A stretch of 64,000 nt of DNA. Origin: Cenococcum geophilum (taxonomy: Eukaryota). Shown here piece by piece: positions 49,413 to 61,800 of this stretch. Location: the NCBI GenBank assembly GCA_050273025.1, contig CP158635.1:22878001-22942000 (forward strand), given 5' to 3'. The position numbers and the translations under genes are program-made. The notes below the pieces were generated by a model. The model worked only from the letters and a program-made list of their open reading frames with translations, did no database searches and was not told the origin of the DNA. How positions within the stretch are numbered: position 1 is the stretch's first letter; each line of letters opens with the position of its first letter.

Positions 49413-50168
49413 GTTGGAAGATGACGAAGAGAGATCTTAGGGATTGATTGCTCGTAGATAGGAAAACCAAGCAAGACGAGAGGTGGTTAGAAGACACGCC
49501 ACTGTCAGCAGATTTGCTAGTGGTCGGCTGGTGACGTTGGGCTGCGGCGGTGCGTCTGTCTATCACTTCTTCCAGGGTAGGTGTTGGTGGTTAAGAGCGG
49601 AAAATGTCAATGCATAATAAGACAGAATAAATTCCCTGAGCTCCTGCAACTCCAAAACATCAATATTGCGAATTCCAAGCGCTTCCTTGAGACGGCATGG
49701 CGAGAGTCGCGGACGCCCCTCTTCCACATGACTTTATTACAGTAAATGTTCCCAGTGGCTTCTTCTGCCCCTCCAGGCTTCTCTACCCCTCCATTAGCGT
49801 GCAGGGCGTCTAAGCCGCCTTCGCCCGATGTTAGCACAGTATTAGTTAGCTGCAGTTCAGCTCTCTCTAGCCGCCAACTACCGAAAGTCCATCCTTGCTT
49901 GGTTTGCTTGACGTGAGTCCTCCAGAAGGCAGATGGGCGCAGCTCAGCCTCTTCACGGCTGGCTGCTGCCTTCCAAGAGTCAAGGCCTTCCCACCATCAA
50001 AAGGCGCTTAATCTTCTTCCCACTCGCAAAGAGCCTTTTCATTCATTCCTCACTAAAAACCTCCACCAGTACTCTACATCCTACTTTCCATTCCGAAAGT
50101 CATCTCAATACAACGCGTGAGGCTGCACTAGTGGGTCCTAAGCGACTACATTCGCTGCCTCTTTAGCC

Positions 50169-53015
50169 ATGGCCCATTTACCTCTAAAAGAGAATGCATC
50201 CACTTTAACTGCCGCAGTCGATTCCCTCGCCATCAATCCGAGGGTTGAAGCTAGGTCGGGTAATGCTCGGCCACAGCTGTCTACTAACTTTATCGATTTT
50301 AACCCAGAGATTGATGATGATGTATCGAGCTGTGGGTCGTGGGAGTGCGTGTCTGAAACTGGAGATGATTTGGATGCTTCCAAAGCAGACACCCCCACCC
50401 CAACCCCCAAGGACAATATCGATTACGAGAGCTTCTTAAGAGCCGCTGATAAGGGAGATGTCGATGCACTCAAGGCCTTTCTAGATGCCGGAGCAGACAT
50501 CGAAAAAGAGTCCGTGAGAGATTGGACGCCGCTAGTCCTCGCTATCCTTGGACGCCATGTCGAAGCAGTAAAATTTCTTCTTAGTAGAGGAGCTTCAGTC
50601 TCCCATCGGGCAAGGACCTTGCCGCCATTGGTTCATGCTCTCACTAAAGAGGGAACTGAGCTGATGCAGTTGTTGGTCGACCGCGGCGCTGACCTGAAAT
50701 CTCTCTCTGGCAAGGACCATAAGAATGCACTTCATTGGGCCGCATCCGAGGGGATGACCGACGCTCTCGAACTCCTACTTAAAAAGGGCATGGATATCGA
50801 AGCGAAATCGAAGCGAGGATGCACTCCATTACTCCTGTCAGCCGATTGCGGACACCCCGAGGCTGCTGAAATCCTCTTGAATCATGGCGCAAACCTGAAC
50901 GCTCGGAGCGAAAACGGTGGCACTCCGCTCATTTGGGCGGCATGCCATAACCATGTCGAAACTGCGAAGGTCTTCTTAGACCATGGAGCGGACATCAACG
51001 AAGCTGACAATTTCGGGCACTCGGCGATATTCCTTGCAGCTCACTTTGGCCACCTGGAAATGACCAACTTTCTACTGGAGAAGGGAGCAAATGCCCATAT
51101 TTTAAGTACTAAGCCCGAAGGAATGACTGTCTTACATGCTGCTGCGTGCGATGGCCATGCCAAGGTCGTTCAGCGATTGATTGACCACGGATGTGATCCA
51201 GAGATCAAGACAGCCATGGGCGACACAACCCTTGATATGGCCCTCGTGGAACGGAAAGAAGAGGTGGTACAAGTTCTCTTGGAAGCCATGGGTGGACCCG
51301 ATCACCCGAAAAATAGTATCGCACTCCAATTTGCCATGGCGGACAGCCATCCGATGGTCAAAACGATCATTGCTCTAACTGAACTGTGCTATCCTCGCAT
51401 CAAAGATCCAACCCCTGCTAACAAATATGAGTGGATTTCCTGGGTCATCGAAGAAGGAGGCTCGCTTCTAAGGATGTCAGCATTGAGGAAAATGCTGCAC
51501 TATGCGCTAGAAGAGCACAACTTAGAGATGCTCAAATCACTGATTGATCAGGGCTGCGATGTTGATATGCAACTCGAGTCCACTAGCACTCCACTCTGCT
51601 ATGCAGTTAAACATAGTAATATTCCTATGATCGAGTTGCTCCTCGACTCAGACGTTGACATTGATGCCTTCCATGGAGAAGGATACACCGCACTTGACGA
51701 AGCTATCTTCAACATGAAAGATGCCAAGGACACTAAAGTAGTGGACATTTTACTCAAGTACGGGGCTAAGATCAATCGCGGAAAAGATCCCGGGCATACT
51801 GCTCTCTCCCTGATTCTCCTGCGAGACGCTGACTGGAACGAGCTTGCCCTTCGAATGGTCGAGTCTGTGCAAGATATTGATGAGGATAGAGACTCTATGG
51901 GCAGCACTTTGCTTCATGTCGCAACGCTTCGAAACAGGAAAGATGTTGTCGATTTACTCCTAAGTAAAGGCGCAGATTTAGAAAGCAAGGATCAATTTAA
52001 CGTTACGCCTTTCCTCTTGGCTTGTCAGCACAGTCATGAGATGATACCGTTCCTCCTGGAGAAAGGGGCTAACATAAACGCGGTTTACCGGGCGGATGCG
52101 CACGCACTACATGCAGCCGCTGCTCAAGGCAACGTGGAGGCTCTGAAAGCCCTCCTAGATCGTGGTTTGGATATCGAAGAGTTGACGGAAAAGGCATATA
52201 CACCCCTTGCGTGTGCCCTGACCTGGGGCCAGGAAGCCGCCGCACTGCTTCTCATGGAGAGAGGGGCCAACGTCAATCTGCAAACCACAAAAGGAGTCAC
52301 CCCGCTCCACTTCGCCTGTAAAAACAACTTGATCGTAGCCACCCATGAACTCGTCCGCCGCGGTGCAAAAATTGACGCCCGCGAAAAGGAGGGATGGACT
52401 CCGCTCCACGACGCGTGTGCCACAGGATCTCCAGCCATCGTCACGGCGCTTCTGGAAAGGGGCGCGGACTACGAAACCGAGCTGCCGAATAAGGACAGGC
52501 CCCTCCACGTGGCGCTCATCAACGAGCGGGAACTGATAGCCCGGGTGCTAATCGAGCACGCCGGCGCGTCCATCACCGCCAAGGCCTCCGGGGAGCGCTC
52601 CTCGCTGCACTTGGCGTCCGAGTACAACCTCTCCGAGTCTGCGAATCTGCTAATCGACAAAGGCGCGTCCATTGAGGAGGTCGACGAGGATTCGTGGACC
52701 CCATTGTGCTGCTTTGGCGGCCCGGACGTCGTTAAGACCCTCATTGCGCGCGGTGCCAACGTCAATTATAAGGACCGTGATTGCTGGACGCCGCTGCACC
52801 AGGCGGTGGAGAATGATCACTTCGAGGAAGCCAAGATGCTGTTGCACGCAGGCGCGGATATGAGCGTCAGGACCACAGACGACGGCATGACGGTGCGGGA
52901 GAGAGCAGAGGACAAAGAGGACAAGGAAGTCGGGAAAAATTTCGTGAAGCTGCTTGATGAGTTCGAAGAGTTCCGCAGGCAGAAGGCGGAACATGAGAAG
53001 TCTTTGCCAAAATGA
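50169..53015 (+). CDS. 948-aa ankyrin-repeat protein, intronless
   Basis: Roughly 20 TPLHxA..G...GADxN-type repeats after an acidic N-terminus. No NACHT/NB-ARC motif seen. Confidence 0.92.
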   Translation: MAHLPLKENASTLTAAVDSLAINPRVEARSGNARPQLSTNFIDFNPEIDDDVSSCGSWECVSETGDDLDASKADTPTPTPKDNIDYESFLRAADKGDVDALKAFLDAGADIEKESVRDWTPLVLAILGRHVEAVKFLLSRGASVSHRARTLPPLVHALTKEGTELMQLLVDRGADLKSLSGKDHKNALHWAASEGMTDALELLLKKGMDIEAKSKRGCTPLLLSADCGHPEAAEILLNHGANLNARSENGGTPLIWAACHNHVETAKVFLDHGADINEADNFGHSAIFLAAHFGHLEMTNFLLEKGANAHILSTKPEGMTVLHAAACDGHAKVVQRLIDHGCDPEIKTAMGDTTLDMALVERKEEVVQVLLEAMGGPDHPKNSIALQFAMADSHPMVKTIIALTELCYPRIKDPTPANKYEWISWVIEEGGSLLRMSALRKMLHYALEEHNLEMLKSLIDQGCDVDMQLESTSTPLCYAVKHSNIPMIELLLDSDVDIDAFHGEGYTALDEAIFNMKDAKDTKVVDILLKYGAKINRGKDPGHTALSLILLRDADWNELALRMVESVQDIDEDRDSMGSTLLHVATLRNRKDVVDLLLSKGADLESKDQFNVTPFLLACQHSHEMIPFLLEKGANINAVYRADAHALHAAAAQGNVEALKALLDRGLDIEELTEKAYTPLACALTWGQEAAALLLMERGANVNLQTTKGVTPLHFACKNNLIVATHELVRRGAKIDAREKEGWTPLHDACATGSPAIVTALLERGADYETELPNKDRPLHVALINERELIARVLIEHAGASITAKASGERSSLHLASEYNLSESANLLIDKGASIEEVDEDSWTPLCCFGGPDVVKTLIARGANVNYKDRDCWTPLHQAVENDHFEEAKMLLHAGADMSVRTTDDGMTVRERAEDKEDKEVGKNFVKLLDEFEEFRRQKAEHEKSLPK

Positions 53016-54609
53016 AGGGGGTGCTTCAAGTGGCCTAAATCATTGAATACGTATCCTTCGCGCGGCTTTTCGGCTATATTGTCGAGAATTCAAAAAGGTA
53101 GGTTCTTCCGTGGTGCTTAGGAATAATAGGATCGACTCGTGTATCGAACTCTACGCTCGGTTCTTTTCACTTACCTTGCTCAATTATCTTCGCGGCGCAT
53201 TTCTGGCTAGGTTATAATATTTTCTGTGGGATAAAGTGGAGTTCACTCGCTCAGTTGTTTTCCGCGGCTCACGATGTTATGCTAGTCATGTGGGAGGATT
53301 TTTGTCTTTATAGTGTATTACGATCGATAAATTTAGCTCAGCGAATTAAGTTTCATCATAATAATAGGATTCTACGGTGCCCTATGAATGGATACAAGTC
53401 ATGGTTGTCCGGGCCATCAAACTGGAGTGAAAATAAAGTTATGCGAACTTGATTTTATTCCTGTGACTTCTCAGTGAGTTGCTTCTGAATTAAAGACATA
53501 AAGACAGCCGGACTGTGGTTATAATTTCGAAGAGTAAAAGTTTAAATAGCATTTAGGCAATTAGAGAAATGGGGAAAGTCTGCAATATATATTTGATCTT
53601 CAGGCATATGAAATAATCTAGTAATTCTGCACCTATATATTTCTTTTATAAAATGCCAATTCTAGAAGAAAACAAGAGTCTTTCTAATAGAAAGATATAT
53701 AAACACTAGGTTTTTCTTTTTATATATATACGCAGATATAGACTAGGGAGGAAAGGTAGAGAAAGTATACCTACTAGCCGCTTAGCGAGTAAATAAGTAA
53801 CCTTGATATATAGGGTAAATATATAGGCGCACGGCTGGGCCAATAGGCCAATAGTACGCGTGTATTAGCGACTTAATTAATAGGGGGTAAGATATTTAAA
53901 TATGTCCACTGCTTAGCTATAGGCTTAGCTATAAATATTTGCAAATATTAATAGGGGTTATATATATTATATGCGGCTCAGTGACTTAATAAGCGCTTAG
54001 CTAAGCCGTAAACACTAATAGTATATCTATAGTTTGTTTTATATAGCTAAATCAGCCGCTAAGTTATAATTTAGTAGGCTAGAGGCCCGTGCGCTTAGTA
54101 GTATATAGATTTTATCCTATATTTACAGTCGATCTTTAATCGCTAGCAACGCCCTAGTAACGCCGCGCTTTTAGTACCCATTAAGCGCTATATATAGAAC
54201 TGGCTAAGAGCTCTCTGCTTATATTAGGATGGTAAGAATTAGCCGTAAGTTAATAGAGATATTTACGTTTTAAACTAGGCGCTGCCATTATATAAGCACC
54301 CTACTAAATTTATACTGTACTAAAATAGACCCCTAAGGGGCTATAGATAAAGGCTTTAATAGCGGACTTAATATCTTATTAGAAGTTAAATATATTTTAA
54401 AGCTTTTTTACCTACTTAAAGCCGTTTATAAAGCTAATTTAGTAAATACTGCTCCTTATTACGGACCTTATATTAGTAGTAGTATAACTAAAGAGATATA
54501 TAAATAGGTTGGTTAAGATACTATTATATTCTCGGTATACGGAGAAGAAGTTAGTATATATTATAATTACGGCTCTATTTAGTTATTAACCTTCTTTATA
54601 CGCTAAGTA

Positions 54610-55725
54610 TATAAAAATGTCTATTTAAAGCGAAGTCACGCCTTCCCTCTAAACAGCAACATCAATATCTATCACAATTAGCCTTTTGGCTTTTCGCTTT
54701 AAAATAAGGCTTATTTAATAGAGATTTTGTTATTTATTCGTCTTATAGCCTTAATAATACTATACCGTACGGCGTTGTGTTGTTGTCGCGATAAAACGTC
54801 TTACCCCTGGAGGATCGCGAAGTTTCGCGTCGCGTCTTTTCACAGCAGCTGTTGATAAGTAGTCTTTCCTAACAATTTTTCCCATAGGGTTTTTTAACAG
54901 GTTTTAAATTAACGCTTTCCAGCTTCCTCCTTACTACATTATTGTTGTCGTCGTTATTAATAGCCTTTAATATTACCTACCCGAACGGTTTTTAATAATA
55001 CTTTATGGTAAAGAGACGACATATATTCCTACTTCTATATTAGTTATTAGGTGCAGGCCTTATACCGCTAGGTACGCGTTATTAGGGCGTAATTATTAAT
55101 AGCCTTTAATATTACCTAGGTTCTGGGTTACCTAAATAGTTTTTTAATAATACCCTATAGGCGCACCCTACGGGCGTAAAAAAGACGAGATATATTCCTA
55201 CTTCTATATTAGTTGTGGCATAGGCCTTATACCGCTAGCTTCTAACGGTACGCGTTGTTTAGGGCAATAAGTGTGTAATTATTTACCACTGCTTAAGACA
55301 GTAGGGAACCTACTATGCGATACAGCAGGCTAAGATAATTACTCTCTCCTTAGGCCTACACCCCCAATTAATACATTATTTAGAATATATCTCTACCTCT
55401 GCGAGCAAGTAAATAGATAAAAATGTCTATTTAAAGCGAAGTCACGCCTTCTTTCTAAACAGCAACATCAATATCTATTACAATTAGCCTTTCGGCTTTT
55501 CGCTTTCCTACCCTCTACCCTATAGATAGATTTTGCAGCCTCTTAGGCTTGCGGTAGGCCTAAGGGGGGCAATAAGTATATAATTATTTACTACTGCTTG
55601 AGACAGTAGGGAACCTACTATGCGATACAGCAGGCTGAGATGATTACCCTTTCCTCGGGCCTATACCCCTAATCAATACATTATTTAGAATATATCTCTA
55701 CCTCTATAAATAAGTGAATAGATAT
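54610..55725. repeat. Interleaved short direct duplications in RIP-damaged DNA
   Basis: About 54612-54700 matches 55419-55506. About 54955-55080 matches 55095-55250. About 55262-55420 matches 55567-55722. Confidence 0.75.
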
Positions 55726-55867
55726 AAGTAAATATACGATTATTCTATAATATTTAATCCGTCTCTAATGCTAAGTATATACGTTTTATTATTTTTAATA
55801 GGCGTTTAGTAGTATTGGTCATATAGGGTGACTTACTAATAACGACTACTTAAGTAGGTTATAGTGA

Positions 55868-58800
55868 TGTTGGTTAATAAAGCTTTTTAATTAGAATAAG
55901 GAAGGGCGAGGAGCTTAAGGCTCCTCGCCACGCTAGTGCCGCGGCGACATGTAATAGCAACTTACCATCACGTGACGGCAAATTGCCTCATTCCCAACAC
56001 TAGCAACTCTTCTTTTATGGTTGCCCTCTATATATAAATACTGCTTAACTATTATAATAAATATAGATCCTCTTTACTTACTATTGCTATTATAATATAA
56101 GTCTTATTATCCCAAAATTTGCCTCTTAGCACGTAGTGCTTTCTTACTAAGGAGTTATGGGTAGATATTATATTAGGGCTGTTAGGGCCGCTAAGGCGCT
56201 AGCTATAAGCGAGCTAATAGCAATTTTCTATACTAGGTATAGAAAATCCTAATTAGCTAGTTAAAATTAGGGTCTATAAAGCGTTATACTCTTACTCCCT
56301 TTTAACCCAACCTTTAACTTATATATATAAAGTATTTATATTAATAAACGTTTCTAAAGCCTTATTTAGGTTTGCCTTTATTATTATATCTAGTAGACCG
56401 GTAAGAACCTGGAGCTCTTACTGCACCCGGCCTAAAAAGACCAAAACTAACCAAAAGAACCCTAAAAAACACCTAGAGAATCCCCCTAAGATGTATGCAT
56501 CGCAGGGGAGGCACACGTTAAACGACGGTAGCTCGCACTCGCGCGCAACCGCTAGAACTACGCCTAGCAATAGCCCTCTATAATAAAGACAGGCGAATAC
56601 CACACTATAAAGCGGAAATACCTCTATTAAAAAGGCATTTAATAAAATATAAAGCCTATTAGACGCGTCTAGTATTTAGAATTATAGGGGAGTAACCGTT
56701 AGCTATAACGAACTAATACAGCTAGCAGAATGGCTCCGCCAGTCTAGTAAACCTTAGGCGCCCCTCTAGCAAACCCTTAATTAAATCCTCTAACGGCTAA
56801 GCAAAATTAAAAATAAGTATAACCCCCCCTTACCGGCGAACCGCACCTAGGCCGCCGTAGCTGCGCTTTTACAGTATAGGGAACCTACCCCCCTTAAGTT
56901 AACAACTGGGCATATAATTATAATATAACTAAACATAAAATAAGTAGAGGGGCTTAGGGGATAATTAAAAATAGAAGTTCTTATAAAGATACGCAAAGAG
57001 GTCTATAACACTATTATAGTCCAACACCTTAAGAGCGGAGATATTAGAGTTACCTTAAAGGACTAATAGGCAAAGGAATAAGCCGTAAGGGTAGGGGATA
57101 GGCTAGGAGAACGTATTGGCATAAAAGTACTCCGCAAGGATTACCTAGTTAAAGTCCTAGCGGTTTCTATAAGCCTTAGGGTAGAAAAGGGACGCTAGGC
57201 GGATAATACAGCAATTATATAGGAGATAGTAAGATAAACGGAACGCCTTATACTAGGACTCGAAATTACCCAAATCTAATAGCTTTAATAGGAAAATATA
57301 AACTAAGCATATAATAAGAATAATAAGAGGATATAAGGGTCGCTAAAGACTTATTAGGGAGACGCCGGATGAACATATGGCTCCCTTATCGTTAGTATAT
57401 ATATACTAGGAATGCAAAAACTCCTTATCTAAAAAGGAATAATTATAAATGGCCTTATATATAATATAAGGCTCTACAACCATAGACTATACCTAGAATA
57501 ATACTATCGCTATATATAATAGGGACACACCTAATCTATATACGCAGCATAGGTGTGCTGCGGCCATTATATAGGCCCCTATAATATAAGACATTGCTTA
57601 AATTAAGACCAAATAAAATGCGCGAACTGCTACTAAAGTATATATAAGGCGTGGGAGAGAGAAGACTGCATTAAATACAGGAGATAGAAGGTAAGGGCTT
57701 AATAGCTACGGGAATAACTGCACGCTAGGTTATATAAATGGAAATAATAGGTAATAAGCTAGGGGGACGCAGGCGCCTTCCTAGCGTTTCCTACCTTTAA
57801 TACTAAAGGGCTAGGCTAGCCATCCTAAGCCTTAACGGGCTAGAAGCGACGCCGCGCGATATTACTAGACCGATTAGGGATATAAGGGTTACAGGGGATA
57901 TAAGGGAGAGGACGCCCTATAGGAAGACCCCTATAGACAGCGACAGTAGGCTTAAGACTAGGATAATTAAGAATTAGACTTAATGCGGCAAATATAACAT
58001 TCGCAGCCAACCTATAAAGGGCATATAGCCGACTAGTAAGAACAGGGGAAGAACCGGTAATAATAACAGATTTAGATATAGAAGCGCTAATAGGAACATA
58101 AGATATGGGAATGGAAAGCTCTATATAAAATAAGTAGTAACTAAGGTGTAGATATAAGAGATAGAAGCTCTAAATATCCTAAAGAAAGTAGAAATAGAAG
58201 AAGCGAGGAATAAAGGAGAGTTAAAGGACCCTCTCCGGAGGTCCGCTACCTATCTATTATATAGTATAACTGCGGCAATATAAACCACTACCTTATAAGG
58301 CCCCTACTAGACAGTTTAGACCTAGAGAAACACTATATCCTTACTATATAAGAACCGTATTATAATACCTTTATATAATTAATATACTGCCTCTAAGGAT
58401 TCTAGCTCCTATATAAACCAAAAGCAGCTATACGCGTATGCTTTATAATTAGTAAGGCTATTAGCCTGTCCTTATGGTTATAGCAGGCAGTTAACCTAGA
58501 TATTATAGTTATAATAATTTAAACATATAGGGGACCGGTATAAATTATTAACGTATATAACCCTAGGGTTAAAGGGGTCCCATAAATAGAGAATATTATA
58601 TTGGTAATAAGCTTACTAGAAACTAAAGGTATAAAGTCTATTCTACTAGGAGATATAAACCTCTACCACCCGTAGTAGGGGGGTATCTATATTGCTGTAG
58701 ATTAATAGTTAGAGTGCCTACTAAGAGCTATAGATATCTAGGGCCTTAAGCTAGCTACCCCCCTAAGAGCAATTATATAGTAATGAGGTACCGCTAGAAG

Positions 58801-61800
58801 TATAATTGACCTCACATTTATAGACAAAGGCCTATACTAGAGACTCGAAAGGTGCAACCCTAAAGAAGAATGGGCACTTACCCTAAACCATATCCCTATC
58901 CAGATATAGCTAGACCTAGATACTAAAGCATAACTAAATAGAAAAAGATACGTAATAAGGAAGCTTAAAATAAACAGTTTCCTTAATATAGTTAAATAAT
59001 AACTCTAAGACCTAGAAGAAATCCACCCAATACTAAACAAGTAAGGCTTATTGGCCACCCCTAAGGAAATTAACTGAAGACTAGAAAGGATCTAGGCAGC
59101 AATTAAAAATGGGCTGGAAGAGTACTACCCGATCTCAAAACTGGGCCCCTATACGCGACACGCATAGTCTACATAATGCGCAGTTCTAGTTGCCAGTTAA
59201 TAATAAGTAAGAAGGAAATATATAAGCAGCCATAACCCTAAAGATAAGAGACGATATAAAGATATAAGAAACCAGCTAAAGAATACCCTAAAAAAAGAAG
59301 TAAGGAATAACTGGAGACGGTTTATAAACGAGCATACTTCTAACCCGAGCCTCCCCTATAATAAGGGCCTTTAGGCTATAGCGAAATGGGTAAAGAAAAA
59401 GGCAGGGCGCTTAATAGAAGACCTATATCTACCACCCTTACAAAGAGTAGGAGAATCACAGGCTATAAATGACAATAATAAGAAGGTAAAGATCCTTATA
59501 AAAAGGTTCTTCCCCTAACTAGCTCTAGTAGACCTTAGTAATATTATAGGCGAAACACCGGTAACTTGCCTACGGGTTAACAGCGACATAATAATAGAGG
59601 AAATGGCTAGAACCATTAGCCGCCTTTTAAATAATATAGCACCAGGACTAAATAGGATTCTAAATAAGGCCCTAAAAACCTGTGGGCCACTTATAGCACC
59701 TTAGCTTGCAGATGTAGCTAAAGTATACTTTGCTATAGGCTACTACCCACAACTTAGAAGATCTATAATGACGGTTATCCTATAAAAAGAAGGCAAAGCA
59801 GATTACTTAATCCCAGGAAGCTACCGCCCTATTGCCTTAGAAAATACCCTTAGTAAGATCTTAGAAAGGGTAATAGCGGAACATATGGTAGATACGGTAG
59901 AGGAACACGCCCTATTACTATAAAGCTAAATAGGGGTAAGAAAGAACCGCTTAACACTATTAGCACTTACGCTACTCGCTGCCACCATTAAATCTACATA
60001 GGCGATGTGAAAGGACTTTGTAGTATTAATGCTTAGCCTAGACATTAGTGGTACCTATAATAATGTACCCTATAAGCGTCTCCTGCATATCCTTAGGGCA
60101 AAGGGCTTTTTAGAATGGATTATATAATTTATCTAAGGGTTTATAGGCCAGAAAGAAATATTACTGGTCTTTAGCGGGTACTAGAGCCCCCCTATTATAG
60201 TTATAACAGGAATACTATAAGGATTACCCCTCTCGCCTATACTCTTCCTTTTCTTTATAAGCAACCTACTTAACTCCTTTAAGGAAGGGGCGACCTAGGG
60301 AATAGGCTTTGTTAATAATATAAACCTAATTATATACGGGCCAATAGCCGTAGAGAATTGCAGAATACTAGAGAAAGCCTATAATACTTATATAGAATAG
60401 GCAAAACGTTATAGAGTCTAATTCTTACTAGAGAAATACTAGCTAATCTATTTTATAAGAAAACGCAACTAATCTGTAGATCTCTAGTATATAATTTGTA
60501 TTTAAGGCTTTAGGGGTTAACTAGTTTAGGGCTTAAGGGTATTAGGAGTATAGGTAGATAGCAAGCTCCGGTGGAGTATATATGCGGCGTAAGCGGCCCG
60601 TAAAGGCTAAGTATAGTTTATTACTTTATCTAGGATTATTAATTCTATATAGGGTTCATGCTTCTAGAGGTTACGCCTACTATATATAGTAGTTATCCGG
60701 CTAACCATAATATATAGATCCAGTATTTGGGCCATTAGAGAAACTAAGAAGGGCCCCCCTAAATTACTCCTTAAACTACTTTAAAAGGTCTAAATAGCCT
60801 GCCTCTAGAGAATTATAGGCAGGTATAAGCAAACGGCCATAGTACTGCTTAAGAAGGAATCTAATATTCCCCCCCTATAGTTATATATTAAAGCCGCTGT
60901 AATATAAAAAACGTAAAATAAACGTAACTCTAATGTTATAAAGTATATTAAGATACGCCTAAGTAAACTATAGAGGGACCTTAGGGTGCCCTATAGGAGA
61001 ACAAACCAATAACCCTAAAGTAGGGAAGAGATATTAGAGAAATAGGTAAAGAAAGCAGAAGAAGAATAGTGCTGCTTTAGGGCCTAGGCCTATATAGAGG
61101 AGGAAAGGAGACGTATAAGAGGTTAGTAAAAACAATAGTAAGATAGAGAAAGGAGCTAAAGTAGAACATATAAGAACGCCGGGAAACCATCTACTATAAT
61201 ATAATACTGGTTGGACTAACGCTAGAGAGGCGAATGGGAGTTAAAGGTATAGAGGCTGACTTAGGTAAGATAAACCTAAGCTATAGTATAGTTAACGCTA
61301 TAGGGGGTAAATACCTAAGGGCTCCGAGAAGGCCTAATAAAGGTAGAAAATATAATAGCAATACTCTTAAGAACAGGAATAATAGGACTAAAAGATTGGC
61401 TTTACTGGGTGGGTGTCCTAGTAGGTAGCTTAAGATGCGAATATGGCTGGCTAAGATAGACACCAAAACACGTAATACTGCTATGCCCCCTACGCACTAA
61501 TTAAGAAATAATGCTCTCAGCAGCTGGCATAGAGAACTATAATATACTACTCTTAACATAAAAAGGCCTTAAGGCGGTTACCTAGTGGCTTATTAGTTAA
61601 AATATACTAAATTAGTTCCGGGTTGCAAGGGAAATGGTAATAAAAGGTAAGGGGGCGAGTAGTAGGTGCCCCCTAGTAACTCTATAGTAGTAGAGTAATA
61701 GTTTGTAATACTAGCGCGTTTATAGGCTTATTACGGCAGTAGTGGTTCCCAAAAAGGTTAAATAGTAAGGTAGTAGAGCACTATAGGCGACTCGTAGGCG

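Noticed and set aside
49933..50166. 77-aa ORF ending 2 nt before the ankyrin ATG (possible uORF)
   Set aside because: There is no evidence that it lies within the transcript, and an ORF of this length can occur by chance.
53750..54600. RIP-damaged coding-like remnant
   Set aside because: No identifiable motif was found, so no call can be supported.
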